From IMG/VR virus record IMGVR_UViG_3300021400_000012, positions 63,575 to 127,574 of that record: a DNA stretch of 64,000 bases. One strand, written 5' to 3'. Made by a program: the position numbers and the translations under genes. A model generated the notes under the pieces. The model did no database searches. It saw only the letters and a program-made list of their open reading frames with translations, and was not told the DNA's origin. The stretch's first letter is position 1. Each line of letters starts with the position of its first letter. This stretch comes from a virus. Its lineage: Duplodnaviria > Caudoviricetes. This document shows, in pieces, positions 53,777-63,379 of this stretch.

Positions 53777-54402
53777 AAGGATATGCCTCGGCCGCCCTCA
53801 AAGCCAGAAAATTTCTCAATCTGAAATTTTCCAAAATTTTCGAGAATCTTCCGAAGAAATCTACTTATAAACGTATAAGAGAATTATAATTTTAATATAT
53901 ATAGAGCTTATGGGCTGGTGGCGGCGCGAAGCGCCCCGCCAGAGTGTACCCGACCCCGACCTATGCCCCCCGTTTGTCAGAGGGAACCTATCACGGAACG
54001 ACGACCCGAGCTTAGCGCCGAAGGCGCGTGCGAAGGGGCGGTGGGCCGGAATAGTTCCCGGAGACCCTCAAAGCAGAACGTGTCCAAAAAGCGTCGAAGC
54101 CGGCTTATAATTACGGGTACGTGAAAAATGGGGAACGGTTTGTCGGGTGACAAATCGATCTTTGAATTTTGGTATACATAAGGTGAGTACCTGGCCGCAA
54201 CTTACCAGAAAGTCAAATTTTTCGGAAAAAAATTTTTGAAAATTTTTCGTCGCTTGGAAAAATCGTGGAATTTTCCAAAAAATCGGAAAAAATTTCGAGA
54301 AAAAATTTGAAAAAATATTAAATATATATTATAATATATATAGAAAATGAAAGAGAGATTTGAAAACGGCTTCGAAGCCGGCTTATAATAGGGAGACACA
54401 CT

Positions 54403-54873
54403 ATGTCAGCTTACATTACCTTCTATATTCGTTCACGCAGCGGCGGTCCGTATATCGAATTGGAATCTTGGAGTCGTTCTACTCCTATCTTCCAGCAGCT
54501 CCAGGATCGTCTTAAATGGGAATCCTTCCGGCGCCTTGAAACTGACGACTTAATCGAAGCGATTGACGGTTTGCAGGATGAAATTAAATCCTATCGTAAG
54601 CAGCTTACTTTTGATAGGCGCGCACTCAAATTCTTACAAGGCGCCAGCCTTGCAGCTGATGAACTGATAGATAAATATTCGGACTATCAGCAGTCAATTG
54701 AAGAATCTAGGAATTTAATCGAAAAAAATGAGATGGCGATCAGTTCGCTTCAGACTTATCTTGAAATTTTAGAGACGCATGCGTGGTTTAGCGCCGACTA
54801 TGCGGCAGGTGGTGAACTTTTTATCGCTTTCGAATGTGACCCGAACCGCTCAGAAGAAAAAGAAAACGACTGA
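54403..54873 (+). CDS. Coiled-coil hypothetical protein
   Basis: Promoter at ~54307, SD GGGAG. Confidence 0.7.
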   Translation: MSAYITFYIRSRSGGPYIELESWSRSTPIFQQLQDRLKWESFRRLETDDLIEAIDGLQDEIKSYRKQLTFDRRALKFLQGASLAADELIDKYSDYQQSIEESRNLIEKNEMAISSLQTYLEILETHAWFSADYAAGGELFIAFECDPNRSEEKEND

Positions 54874-55000
54874 AAATTTGAAAAAATCAGAAAAATCTGA
54901 TATACTATATATAGAAAATGAGAGAGGGAATTGAAAAAACCCAATTAACTCTCATGAAAAATAAAATAAAAAAAATTATAAAACGAAAGGACAAAAAACA

Positions 55001-55360
55001 ATGTATTCTAACTACCGTGAATTTCTGAACGCTGTTATCGCAACCGAGAACGAAGAGCTGGTCGAGTATGCCAAGGCTGAGATCGACAAGTTAAACCACA
55101 CCAACGAAGTGCGGCGCGCCAAGATGGCTGAGAAGTCGGCCGTGAAGCAGGCGGAGAAGGAGCCTCTGCGTCAGGCGCTCTATGCCGTTGTCACCGATGA
55201 GCCGAAGACGGCGACGATGCTTATCGAAGAGGCAGGTCTTGAGCTTAAGCCGCAGTCTGTTCCGTCCCTTATGAAGGCGCTCGTCGAAGCTGGCCAGGTC
55301 AACAAGGTTGACGTCAAGATTAAGGGTAAGGGTACCCAGAGAGGTTATGTGCGCGCATAA
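55001..55360 (+). CDS. Winged-helix DNA-binding protein (paralog of 59975-60319)
   Basis: REFLNAVI...EPKTA...L.EAG.V...VKIKGKG; codon usage looks high-expression; terminator follows. Confidence 0.7.
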   Translation: MYSNYREFLNAVIATENEELVEYAKAEIDKLNHTNEVRRAKMAEKSAVKQAEKEPLRQALYAVVTDEPKTATMLIEEAGLELKPQSVPSLMKALVEAGQVNKVDVKIKGKGTQRGYVRA

Positions 55361-55880
55361 CTTCTACTCAATGCACAAAGAAGGAGCTGAAAAGCTCCTT
55401 CTTTTTTAATGCGCGCTGAAAATTTGAAATTTGCAGAAAATTGTGATATAAAATATATTTATATTTATATTTCCCCTTTTATTATAATATAAATTAAAAA
55501 AATTTTCAACTTTTTTCCAGCTTAAAAATAAAAAATTTTTAAAATTTGACAGCCGGGCGCAATCGCAGCTCAGTAAAAATTTGATTTTTGCAGCTCCCAG
55601 CTGCAGCTGCTATGAAAATTTGATTTCGCAGCTGCCTAGAAATTTGACATCTGGAAAAATTTGACGCCCGGGTAATTAAGGTCTGTACACTGAAGACTCT
55701 GCGGCCGCGGGAGTTGAAGACAAAAAATTTTAAAAATGAGACTTGACAAAAAAAGAAAATTATGTTATAATGAAAGGTTATGGATGCGCGCCCGGGTCGA
55801 TTGCCCGGGCAAGTTAGCACATGCTAACTCGACATAAAAAAAGAAAGGGGTTTGCACCCCTTTCAACTGCAGGAGAGTTT

Positions 55881-56252
55881 TCACTCTCCCTTTTCCGCCT
55901 TAGCCCTTGCCTTGGCTTCGGCTCTCGCCTTGCGGTCAGCCTCGTCCTTGGCAATCTTGGCGGCTTTCTTGGCGGCGGCTTCCTTCGCCTTTTCTTCCTT
56001 TTCCGCTACTTTCATAGCGTAGGCTTCGGCTTCGCCATAGCCGTCATAGGGTTCGCCGCCACGCTCGCCAGTCGGCACCTTGACAGTAACGACGATGAAT
56101 TCGTCGTTGCCTTCGGTATCCACGCAGGGGAAGGCGATTTCATTAGAGCCAGTCCGCAGGACCTCCTCGCCATTTACGCGAAAGAGTTCGATAATGCGCT
56201 CAAGATAAGCGGTGCGGAGAGAGTCACGAAGAGATTTACGAGAAGTAGCCAT
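55881..56252 (-). CDS. Early hypothetical protein (paralog of 59396-59767)
   Basis: TGSNEIAFPCVDTEGNDEF...KVPTG...YDGY; K/A-rich tail. Confidence 0.75.
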   Translation of the reverse strand: MATSRKSLRDSLRTAYLERIIELFRVNGEEVLRTGSNEIAFPCVDTEGNDEFIVVTVKVPTGERGGEPYDGYGEAEAYAMKVAEKEEKAKEAAAKKAAKIAKDEADRKARAEAKARAKAEKGE

Positions 56253-56514
56253 TCTATATACCTTCCTTTCTTTTGGTAGCTTTATTATAGCACATTTTAA
56301 GAGGATTGTCAAGGGGTTTCTCAAATTTTATTGTACAATTATTATTTTGAGTGTTTGGGAAGCCCTTGTATACCCACCTTTGAAACTCTTCCGCAGAAGG
56401 TTTCGGTCTATCTCCCCTCGACACTATATATAATACCACAAAAGCCGAGAAAAGTCAAGTGCTTTTTAAAAATTTTTTAAGTTAGCATAGACTAACTTTG
56501 CCCGGGCGGTGGGG

Positions 56515-57153
56515 TCACTCATAGAGTGCCCCATCAACTACACCGCGCCGTCTACACTCGATTAAAATTTCTTTTTCAATCAGCACATCATCAAGACCTT
56601 TGTGAACTTCTTCAAAATCGTTTTGACCGCTGATAAACCGATAGAGGACTTCTGCAGTCATTTTGTACTGACCTCTCGGCGTTTTATAATTGTTTGTGTC
56701 GCAAAAATCGCGGTATTCGGAATCGTTGCCGAAAGCTTTTCTTGCCATTTTTAACGTGTCGCAGATTTTCGAGCCATACGGCAGAAAGTACCGATATTTT
56801 GAACCGCTGATGAAACGCTGCGTAAGCTTGAGGCTTAAGTCATCAAATCTTGCGTTGTGAGCGTAAATTTCTGTGACCCCATAGGCTTCACAATCAGCTT
56901 TAAGAGAGCGATAAATCGTGCTCATGCGCGCGAGCTTGCGGTCGCCGTTTTTGATTTCGTCCCAGTACTGCGGAATCTTCTCAGCAAAATACGCCTGCTC
57001 CATCAGCTCTTTGTCAAGAAAAATTTCAGCAACAGCGTAGCTTTCCGTTTTTAAGACTTCGCCATCTTCATCAATAACCGCCCACCCAATATCATATGCA
57101 AGCGGCTCTTCAAGACCGTTGGTCGCCTCAGTGTCAAGTACCAAAAAATTCAT
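56515..57153 (-). CDS. DEDDh 3'-5' exonuclease
   Basis: VLDTE, AHNARFD, HKGLDD. Confidence 0.85.
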   Translation of the reverse strand: MNFLVLDTEATNGLEEPLAYDIGWAVIDEDGEVLKTESYAVAEIFLDKELMEQAYFAEKIPQYWDEIKNGDRKLARMSTIYRSLKADCEAYGVTEIYAHNARFDDLSLKLTQRFISGSKYRYFLPYGSKICDTLKMARKAFGNDSEYRDFCDTNNYKTPRGQYKMTAEVLYRFISGQNDFEEVHKGLDDVLIEKEILIECRRRGVVDGALYE

Positions 57154-57264
57154 TTTTAGGACGCTCCCTTCATTTGATAGATTAAGTATATCACAAGACA
57201 CGAAAAAAGTCAAGAAAAATTTTTTATCATTTTTTCCGATTTGCGCCCGGGCAGAAGAAGAGGA

Positions 57265-57438
57265 TTACTCCTCTTCGACGCCTTCACATTTAAAAGCGGG
57301 GTACTGTAAAATGTTCTTCCATCTTATAGATGTATCATCTTGAATGTCGCCTGCCCATTCATAAAAAATATCCTGCGCTTCATCACGATTTTTTGCTTCA
57401 ACAACAATCCAACCTTCAAAATCTACTACGTATTTCAT
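57265..57438 (-). CDS. Small early protein
   Basis: SD AGAAAGGA; VEAKNRDEA. Confidence 0.55.
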   Translation of the reverse strand: MKYVVDFEGWIVVEAKNRDEAQDIFYEWAGDIQDDTSIRWKNILQYPAFKCEGVEEE

Positions 57439-57735
57439 TTTTGGTTTCCTTTCTGCGCTCGATTTCTGCGACAATCTTTTTATACATATATTCTAAATAC
57501 CAATCGTCCCAAAGTTGGATATCATCATAAGTTTCCATTGTGTTTCGCCTTTCTTTATTCGTGCATTAAATAAAACTTCTGTATTCTTCCGTCATAATGA
57601 TATATAATAATGACTTCAAAAGTTTCACTTCCGTGGATTTCTTCCGTGATTTCATAATCTTTAATAAATGTCATATTTGTTTTTCCCTTCTTTTGATAAA
57701 CTTATTATAACATATCTTGTTTTATTTGTCAAGTC

Positions 57736-57930
57736 TTAATTTGCATATTCTTCATCAATTACTACAAAATGAATTTCATATTCTTCGTGGTTAGAATTTT
57801 TTTTACCACAATCATCAATCCAATAATCTTGGTCTATAACATTTTGTGCTTTTTCAGAAGTAGAAAAAACTCTCATAAAAGTTTGTAAAGTGTCTCCCCA
57901 AAGGTTATCATATCCAAGTAAAACGTACAT
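57736..57930 (-). CDS. Small early protein
   Basis: Own TTGACA..TATAAT promoter and SD. Confidence 0.6.
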   Translation of the reverse strand: MYVLLGYDNLWGDTLQTFMRVFSTSEKAQNVIDQDYWIDDCGKKNSNHEEYEIHFVVIDEEYAN

Positions 57931-58035
57931 TTTTGTTTTTTCCTTTCTTTTGATATATTTATTATACATCTTTGGAGTGTATTTGTCAACAGTTTCTTTT
58001 TGTTATTTTTTCCGATGCGCCCGGGCAGAAGAGGA

Positions 58036-58230
58036 TTACTTCTCTTCTACCTCATCAATTCCTTCTTCATCGCAAAAAGCAACAAAAATTTCTCTTGAAG
58101 TGCTATTTACGTATTCAGTTAATTCTTTACTAGACATAGCTTGAAAAATTTCACTCTGACAAACAGTACGACAAAGAGTGTAAGCAACAATGTCCATCAT
58201 TTTCATAGCAGTTTCTAATTTAATGTTCAT
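58036..58230 (-). CDS. Small early protein
   Basis: Own promoter and SD. Confidence 0.6.
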   Translation of the reverse strand: MNIKLETAMKMMDIVAYTLCRTVCQSEIFQAMSSKELTEYVNSTSREIFVAFCDEEGIDEVEEK

Positions 58231-58328
58231 TTTCAGTATTTCCTTTCTTTTGATGATTTAATTATAGCACACTCTTTTTTATTTGTCAAGTAGTTTTTTT
58301 AAAAAAATGTCCGGGCGCCAACATTTGG

Positions 58329-58571
58329 TTACATTTCTTCCCAAGTGTCAGTATACCACGCCCACGAATATGGATTACCTTCAACATCGGCAGTTTCGCT
58401 TAATTCAATTATATGCGCTGGACGACCACTTTCAAAGCGACCTTTTCCCCAAATAGTCGTAATATAATCTTCCTCCCAAGTTGTGTAACCCATTTCGGAA
58501 GCAAACCTTTTAATAATTTCAATTCTCTTCTCTGCGAGTTTCTTTCGTTCTTCTTTTTTTGTTTTTTTCAT
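58329..58571 (-). CDS. Small early protein
   Basis: Own promoter and SD. Confidence 0.6.
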   Translation of the reverse strand: MKKTKKEERKKLAEKRIEIIKRFASEMGYTTWEEDYITTIWGKGRFESGRPAHIIELSETADVEGNPYSWAWYTDTWEEM

Positions 58572-58854
58572 TTTCGGAAATCGCCTTTCTTTTGATGGAT
58601 CTATTATACCATATCTTTTTTTATTTGTCAAGTAGTTTTTCAAAAAATGCCCGGGCAGTGGATGTCTATTTATATTTTAATTCTACATTTTTTCTTCGGT
58701 CGTATGAAAATGTTGAAAATTATTTTGAATACAATCGAACGCAAAGAAACAGTAAGGAACGTTATCAAAATTATTATGTAACAAACTACATTTATTACAA
58801 ATTGAACAATTTTTAATAGTATTTTTTAAATATTTATCAAGAATAATTTCTTTT

Positions 58855-59049
58855 TTAGTCATTTTTTATCTCCTTTCTTTTTGTATCAATTAAATATTGC
58901 GGCCAAATCCTATAATCGTCGGCATCGAATTGTGCCGCCACATACCGTTTCGCGGCTTCATGTTCAGTGAATACTGCAATATCCTCAAGATCGTTAGAAT
59001 CGGAGTTGACTAAATAAACTACATAAATCGCTTTGCTAAGGTCAGTCAT
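58855..59049 (-). CDS. Small early protein
   Basis: Own promoter and SD. Confidence 0.6.
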   Translation of the reverse strand: MTDLSKAIYVVYLVNSDSNDLEDIAVFTEHEAAKRYVAAQFDADDYRIWPQYLIDTKRKEIKND

Positions 59050-59395
59050 TTTTTTGTTTCCCCTTCTTTTTTGTAAATTTATTATATCATAAGACTTAAA
59101 AATTGTCAAGAGGTTTTTAAAAATTTTTCAGTTTAAAAAATTTCAAATGCTTCGTGTAATCCGCACTCATACTCATCGATCCACTTGTTAGACTGCGGAA
59201 AAGTATCAAGTATTTTTTGTGTCTTTTCTCGATCTAAACCTACACATACAACATCGGCATAATCGTTTAATACCACACCTACATAAATTGTCATTATATC
59301 AAGTCCTTTCTATTTTTTACACTATTATTTTATCAAATTTTTTCTAATTTGTCAAGAGGTTTTTAAAATTTTTTGACCGGGCAAAAAGAAGAGGG

Positions 59396-59767
59396 TCACC
59401 CCTCTTCTTTTGTCTTACGCTCGGCTTTTGCTTTCGCGCGTGCTTCGCGCACCGCTTTGTCGTGTTCGATTTTCTCCGCTTTCTTCTTTGCGGATTCTTT
59501 TGCTTTTTCCATTTTTTCCTTGCACTTCATTTCGTACTCTTCGGCGAGTGCATAACCATCGTATGCGTCACCATCGCGCGAACCAGTGGGAACTTTGAAC
59601 GTAATCACAAGAAATTCATCGTTTCCCTCTTCATCAAGACAAGGGATACAGATTTCATTCGAACCAGTTACAAGAACCTCTTCGTCCTGTGAATGAAGAT
59701 AGTCACTAATAAGGTTCAGATAACGATAACGGAGTTTTTCGTTCAGAGATTTTTTGGAAGTTGCCAT
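59396..59767 (-). CDS. Early hypothetical protein (paralog of 55881-56252)
   Basis: TGSNEICIPCLDEEGNDEF...KVPTGSR...YDGY. Confidence 0.75.
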   Translation of the reverse strand: MATSKKSLNEKLRYRYLNLISDYLHSQDEEVLVTGSNEICIPCLDEEGNDEFLVITFKVPTGSRDGDAYDGYALAEEYEMKCKEKMEKAKESAKKKAEKIEHDKAVREARAKAKAERKTKEEG

Positions 59768-59974
59768 ATTGTTTGCTCCTTTCTTTTTACAAGTAGATTA
59801 TATCATAGATATTGGGATTTGTCAAGTCTTTTTTCAAAACTTTTTTATTTTTTCTAAATATATTATATAAAAAAATTATAAAAATTTCAAATTTTATTTT
59901 GTCCGCGCCCGGGCGAGTTAGCCAGTGCTAACTCGCGCGATTAAAAAGAGGGGAGCCTTGCTCCCCTCGTTTGG

Positions 59975-60319
59975 TTACTGCGTGATAACCGTGTAACCCT
60001 TGCACTTGCCCTTGCCCTTGACCTTTACATCGTGGACTGCGACCTTGCCGCTTGCCGCGAGCTGCTGAAGCAGAGCAGACGCTTTCATCGTGGTTAAGTT
60101 GAGCGTGGCACCGACCTCAGCGGCGGTCTTCGGCTCAGCGGTCAGAATACCTACGATTTCAGCCTTAATCGGCTCATTCGCAACCGCTGTCTTGGACGGA
60201 GTAGCGGCGCGCTTCGCGTTGCGCCTATCGAGCGCGGCGACCATTTCCTTCGCCTGATTCGTCATTTCTTCGGAAAGGTTAGCTTCGATAACAGTGTTAA
60301 GGAATTCACGAGTAGTCAT
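59975..60319 (-). CDS. Winged-helix DNA-binding protein
   Basis: REFLNTVI...EPKTAAEVG...KASALL.QL..SGKV...VKVKGKG; preceded by three tandem promoters. Confidence 0.7.
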   Translation of the reverse strand: MTTREFLNTVIEANLSEEMTNQAKEMVAALDRRNAKRAATPSKTAVANEPIKAEIVGILTAEPKTAAEVGATLNLTTMKASALLQQLAASGKVAVHDVKVKGKGKCKGYTVITQ

Positions 60320-60863
60320 TTAGTACCTCTTTCTCGCTATTAGGTTGCGACCCTTAAGTTTTTTTGCTTGAGAGTTTATCTCTCTTTTGTGCCTTTATTA
60401 TAGCACACTTTTTTGAGTTTGTCAAGAGTTTTTTGAAACTTTTTTATTTTTTTAAGTGCTTCTTTTTTCTCGCACGCTCTTGACTTTTTGTACCTTTATT
60501 ATAGCACATTCTCTTGAAGTTGTCAAGGGGTTTGGGTGTGCTATTATCGCTTCTTACACCACGTGGGGTATTAGCCCACCGATAGTCTTGCGAGGATTCT
60601 ATCTTCTTCTCTCTCCCCTTGACAATACATAGTATATCACAAGACCCCGAAAATGTCAAGTACTTTTTTAAAAAATTTAAAAAAGTTTAGTTAGGCGCGG
60701 CTAACCGCGCCCGGGCACGAAAAAGCGCCCTACTCGTCGAGTTGGCGCCCTTTATGTTTTTTATATTTGCTTTCGATGCATTCGTGTTTGGTTTTTTCAT
60801 AAATTGGGGAAAGTCCAACAAAGGTGGGACCGCGGTCGGTTTTGTTGTTTGATTTTTTCTTGC

Positions 60864-61304
60864 TCATTTCAACCCCCTTAAGATTTCGAGAATGTCATCT
60901 ACATTATGCGCGATGCCTTGCCAATCATTACGATTTTTTTCTTCATCATCGAAGAGAATGTCATTTTCGGAATGTCTGAACAAGTCTTTTAAGGTTCCGT
61001 ATGCTACGATGTTAATTTTCTCAAATTTTACGCTTTTGAGATGAGTGCGGAGCCATTTAATTTTGGCGGCGGCGACTGCTTCATCATATTCGGTGGTCGA
61101 GTTCTTAGCCGTCCAAGAAATTATTTCTACAGCATAGCCGTTCTGCGTTAAGCGGTTCAGCCGACGAGCCAGTACCTGCAGGTTGAGGAGCGGGCGCGCG
61201 TTTTCATACGGATAAGTATCGAAAGCGCGGAGATAATCAAGCCAGTTTTCTACTCCGTAGAAGTCTGCAATTGTGCCGTCCATATCGAAGAAGATTGTAG
61301 TCAT
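60864..61304 (-). CDS. HAD-family 5'(3')-deoxyribonucleotidase-like protein
   Basis: FFDMDGTIADF, K..WL..H, ILFDD...N..W. Confidence 0.8.
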   Translation of the reverse strand: MTTIFFDMDGTIADFYGVENWLDYLRAFDTYPYENARPLLNLQVLARRLNRLTQNGYAVEIISWTAKNSTTEYDEAVAAAKIKWLRTHLKSVKFEKINIVAYGTLKDLFRHSENDILFDDEEKNRNDWQGIAHNVDDILEILRGLK

Positions 61305-61534
61305 ATTGGAATGTCCTTTCTTTTTCTATATATACTATATCACATTAAGATAAATTTGTCAAGTGTTTTTTCAAAAAAATTTTGCCCGGGCGCTTAGTGT
61401 TTTTTATGGGAAAGAATTAGACCTGCGACAATACCAACTAACAATATGTCACAAATTAAGCCTAAAGTTTGCGGTCCGCCTGCGGCATTTGTCGAAAGAT
61501 GGTTCATTATTAAGTAAAACATTTTTTGCTCCTC

Positions 61535-61780
61535 TCAATAAAACTGTGCAAGAAGATATACATTTAATGTAATGGTTGCAAGGTGCATTAGCATTTCGTT
61601 GATATGTCGATTTTTATTTGAAAGGTCTTTGATAAAGCCAAACGCCGCGATAGCAAGCCCCAAATAACAAGCGACCATACCAAAACAGATAATGCCCAAC
61701 ACATTTGCCAGTGTACAAAGCGCGCGAATATCGTTCCATTCAAAATGATAAGTATCAGATAGATTAAAAAAGCGTTTCAT
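61535..61780 (-). CDS. Small membrane protein
   Basis: Hydrophobic helices, own promoter. Confidence 0.6.
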   Translation of the reverse strand: MKRFFNLSDTYHFEWNDIRALCTLANVLGIICFGMVACYLGLAIAAFGFIKDLSNKNRHINEMLMHLATITLNVYLLAQFY

Positions 61781-61866
61781 ATTTGTTACCTCTTTCTTTT
61801 CTATATATACTATATCACAATTTTATAATTTTGTCAAGCAAAATATGAAAAATTTTTGGCCCGGGC

Positions 61867-62100
61867 GCGACCCCACGACAGTACTATCGTGGAGTCGTTT
61901 TGAATGGCTCTGCTCCGTCCATCCGAGGCGGTCGGCCAACTTGGCGGACTGTGCCATCCTCGGCATCTTTGGTCTACTGATTTATAACGCGGGTGCCCGT
62001 CTAACGTGGTCGACTTGTGACCTTTGACTTTGTGTCTACTGCGGGTCTGCGGAGAGTGACCAAGTCACCCCGCGGGTTTTAAGTTTTCCTTCTCTTTTGT
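61867..62100 (-). ncRNA. Candidate structured ncRNA cassette
   Basis: Three tandem promoters upstream, no start codon after the purine-rich leader, GC-rich stems, terminal CGACTCCACGA/TCGTGGGGTCG hairpin. Confidence 0.5.
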
Positions 62101-62488
62101 GGTTTAAGTATAGCACACTTTCTGAAGTTTGTCAAGGGGCAATTTCATTTTTTTGAAATTCTTTAATGAGTCTTTCAAGTTCTTTGCTTTCTGTTTTCCC
62201 TTGTCGACTTTGGTCTCTGTCTGCTGAACTTGAGTGTCTCTCCCCTTGACAACTATAGTATATCATACCCCGAAGGGTTTGTCAAGGGGTTTTGAAAACT
62301 TTTTTCGGATTATTTTACACCGACCATTAACCCTCAAGGAGTGGCTCTCTTTCGCTCGCCGTTCTCATTTCCCCTTGACAATATATAGTATATCACAAAC
62401 GCATTTAAATGTCAAGTGTTTTTAAAAATTTTTTTCGAGGGCGCCCGGGCATCGCCGTGCCTTCTAAAGTTATTTGACGGGACGCGGG

Positions 62489-62950
62489 TTATTTGTTCCG
62501 CATCCTCGCCAAAGTTTTTTCGTTGATGAAAGTTGCCTTTTCGTATTTGATTTGATAGGCAACGCCGTCGACGGTCAAGTCGCCGTCTTCTGTAAAGGGA
62601 ACATTGTCTTTTGTCCAAGTCTGCCCGTACCATTCGGTGACCAGTTTTTCGAAAATCTCGCCTGCGTTGTACTTGCTATTTGCGACGCAAGTGTCGAAAT
62701 ATTCTTTTGAGCAAAGGGCAAAAGTCGGAAGCACTCGCATATAGGCTTTCTGTGCCTTGTTGGGTTTGTAGCGAAGTGCAAAGCCTGCGCCACGACTTGC
62801 GCTATCCAGTGTGCAGATATAGGGGAGATCATTCGCCGTACCGATTGCGCAATAGATAGTGCCGTTATCGGCATAACCGAACATATATTCGTGCGTGTAG
62901 GAAAGTGCGTTGTAGTTGTCGATTAAGGACTTGAAAATCGTGGTGTTCAT
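62489..62950 (-). CDS. Hypothetical protein, PD-(D/E)xK-like
   Basis: NAGEIFEKL...GDL...YQIK. Confidence 0.6.
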   Translation of the reverse strand: MNTTIFKSLIDNYNALSYTHEYMFGYADNGTIYCAIGTANDLPYICTLDSASRGAGFALRYKPNKAQKAYMRVLPTFALCSKEYFDTCVANSKYNAGEIFEKLVTEWYGQTWTKDNVPFTEDGDLTVDGVAYQIKYEKATFINEKTLARMRNK

Positions 62951-63145
62951 TGCGGTGTTCCTTTCTTTTTTCTAACGATAGTATACCATGGAAAGTTAAG
63001 TTTGTCAATAGTAAAATTGAAAAAATAAAAAAAATTTTTTTTCGAAAAAGTACTTGACAAGTTCCCTTCGGTATGGTAAAATGTTAGTGGTGGAAAGGGT
63101 CGCGCCAATATTGCCCGGGCACGATGGCAAGTTTAAAGGGTGGAT

Positions 63146-63313
63146 TTACATCCACCCTTTCCACGATTCAATTGCGTTTAAGGCAACTTTCTTGGCGCTA
63201 AAACTTGCCAATGTGCGCTCTTCGGTCTCTTTGGTGACCGCGATTGCGTACCATTTTTTGCCGACCTTCTGTAAAAAGAAGTTGTGGGTTTCGTTCGAAG
63301 TGATGTAAGTCAT
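63146..63313 (-). CDS. Small early protein (55 aa)
   Basis: Own promoter and SD; MTYITSNETHNFF. Confidence 0.55.
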   Translation of the reverse strand: MTYITSNETHNFFLQKVGKKWYAIAVTKETEERTLASFSAKKVALNAIESWKGWM

Positions 63314-63379
63314 TTTGTGTCTCCCTTTCTTTTGATAAGTCTATTATAGCAGACTTTGCCCGGTTTGTCAATAGGTTTT

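Noticed and set aside
53910-54124. Track ORFs 53910-54110 and 53918-54124
   Set aside because: No SD; low-complexity Pro/Arg translations of a GC-rich hairpin region
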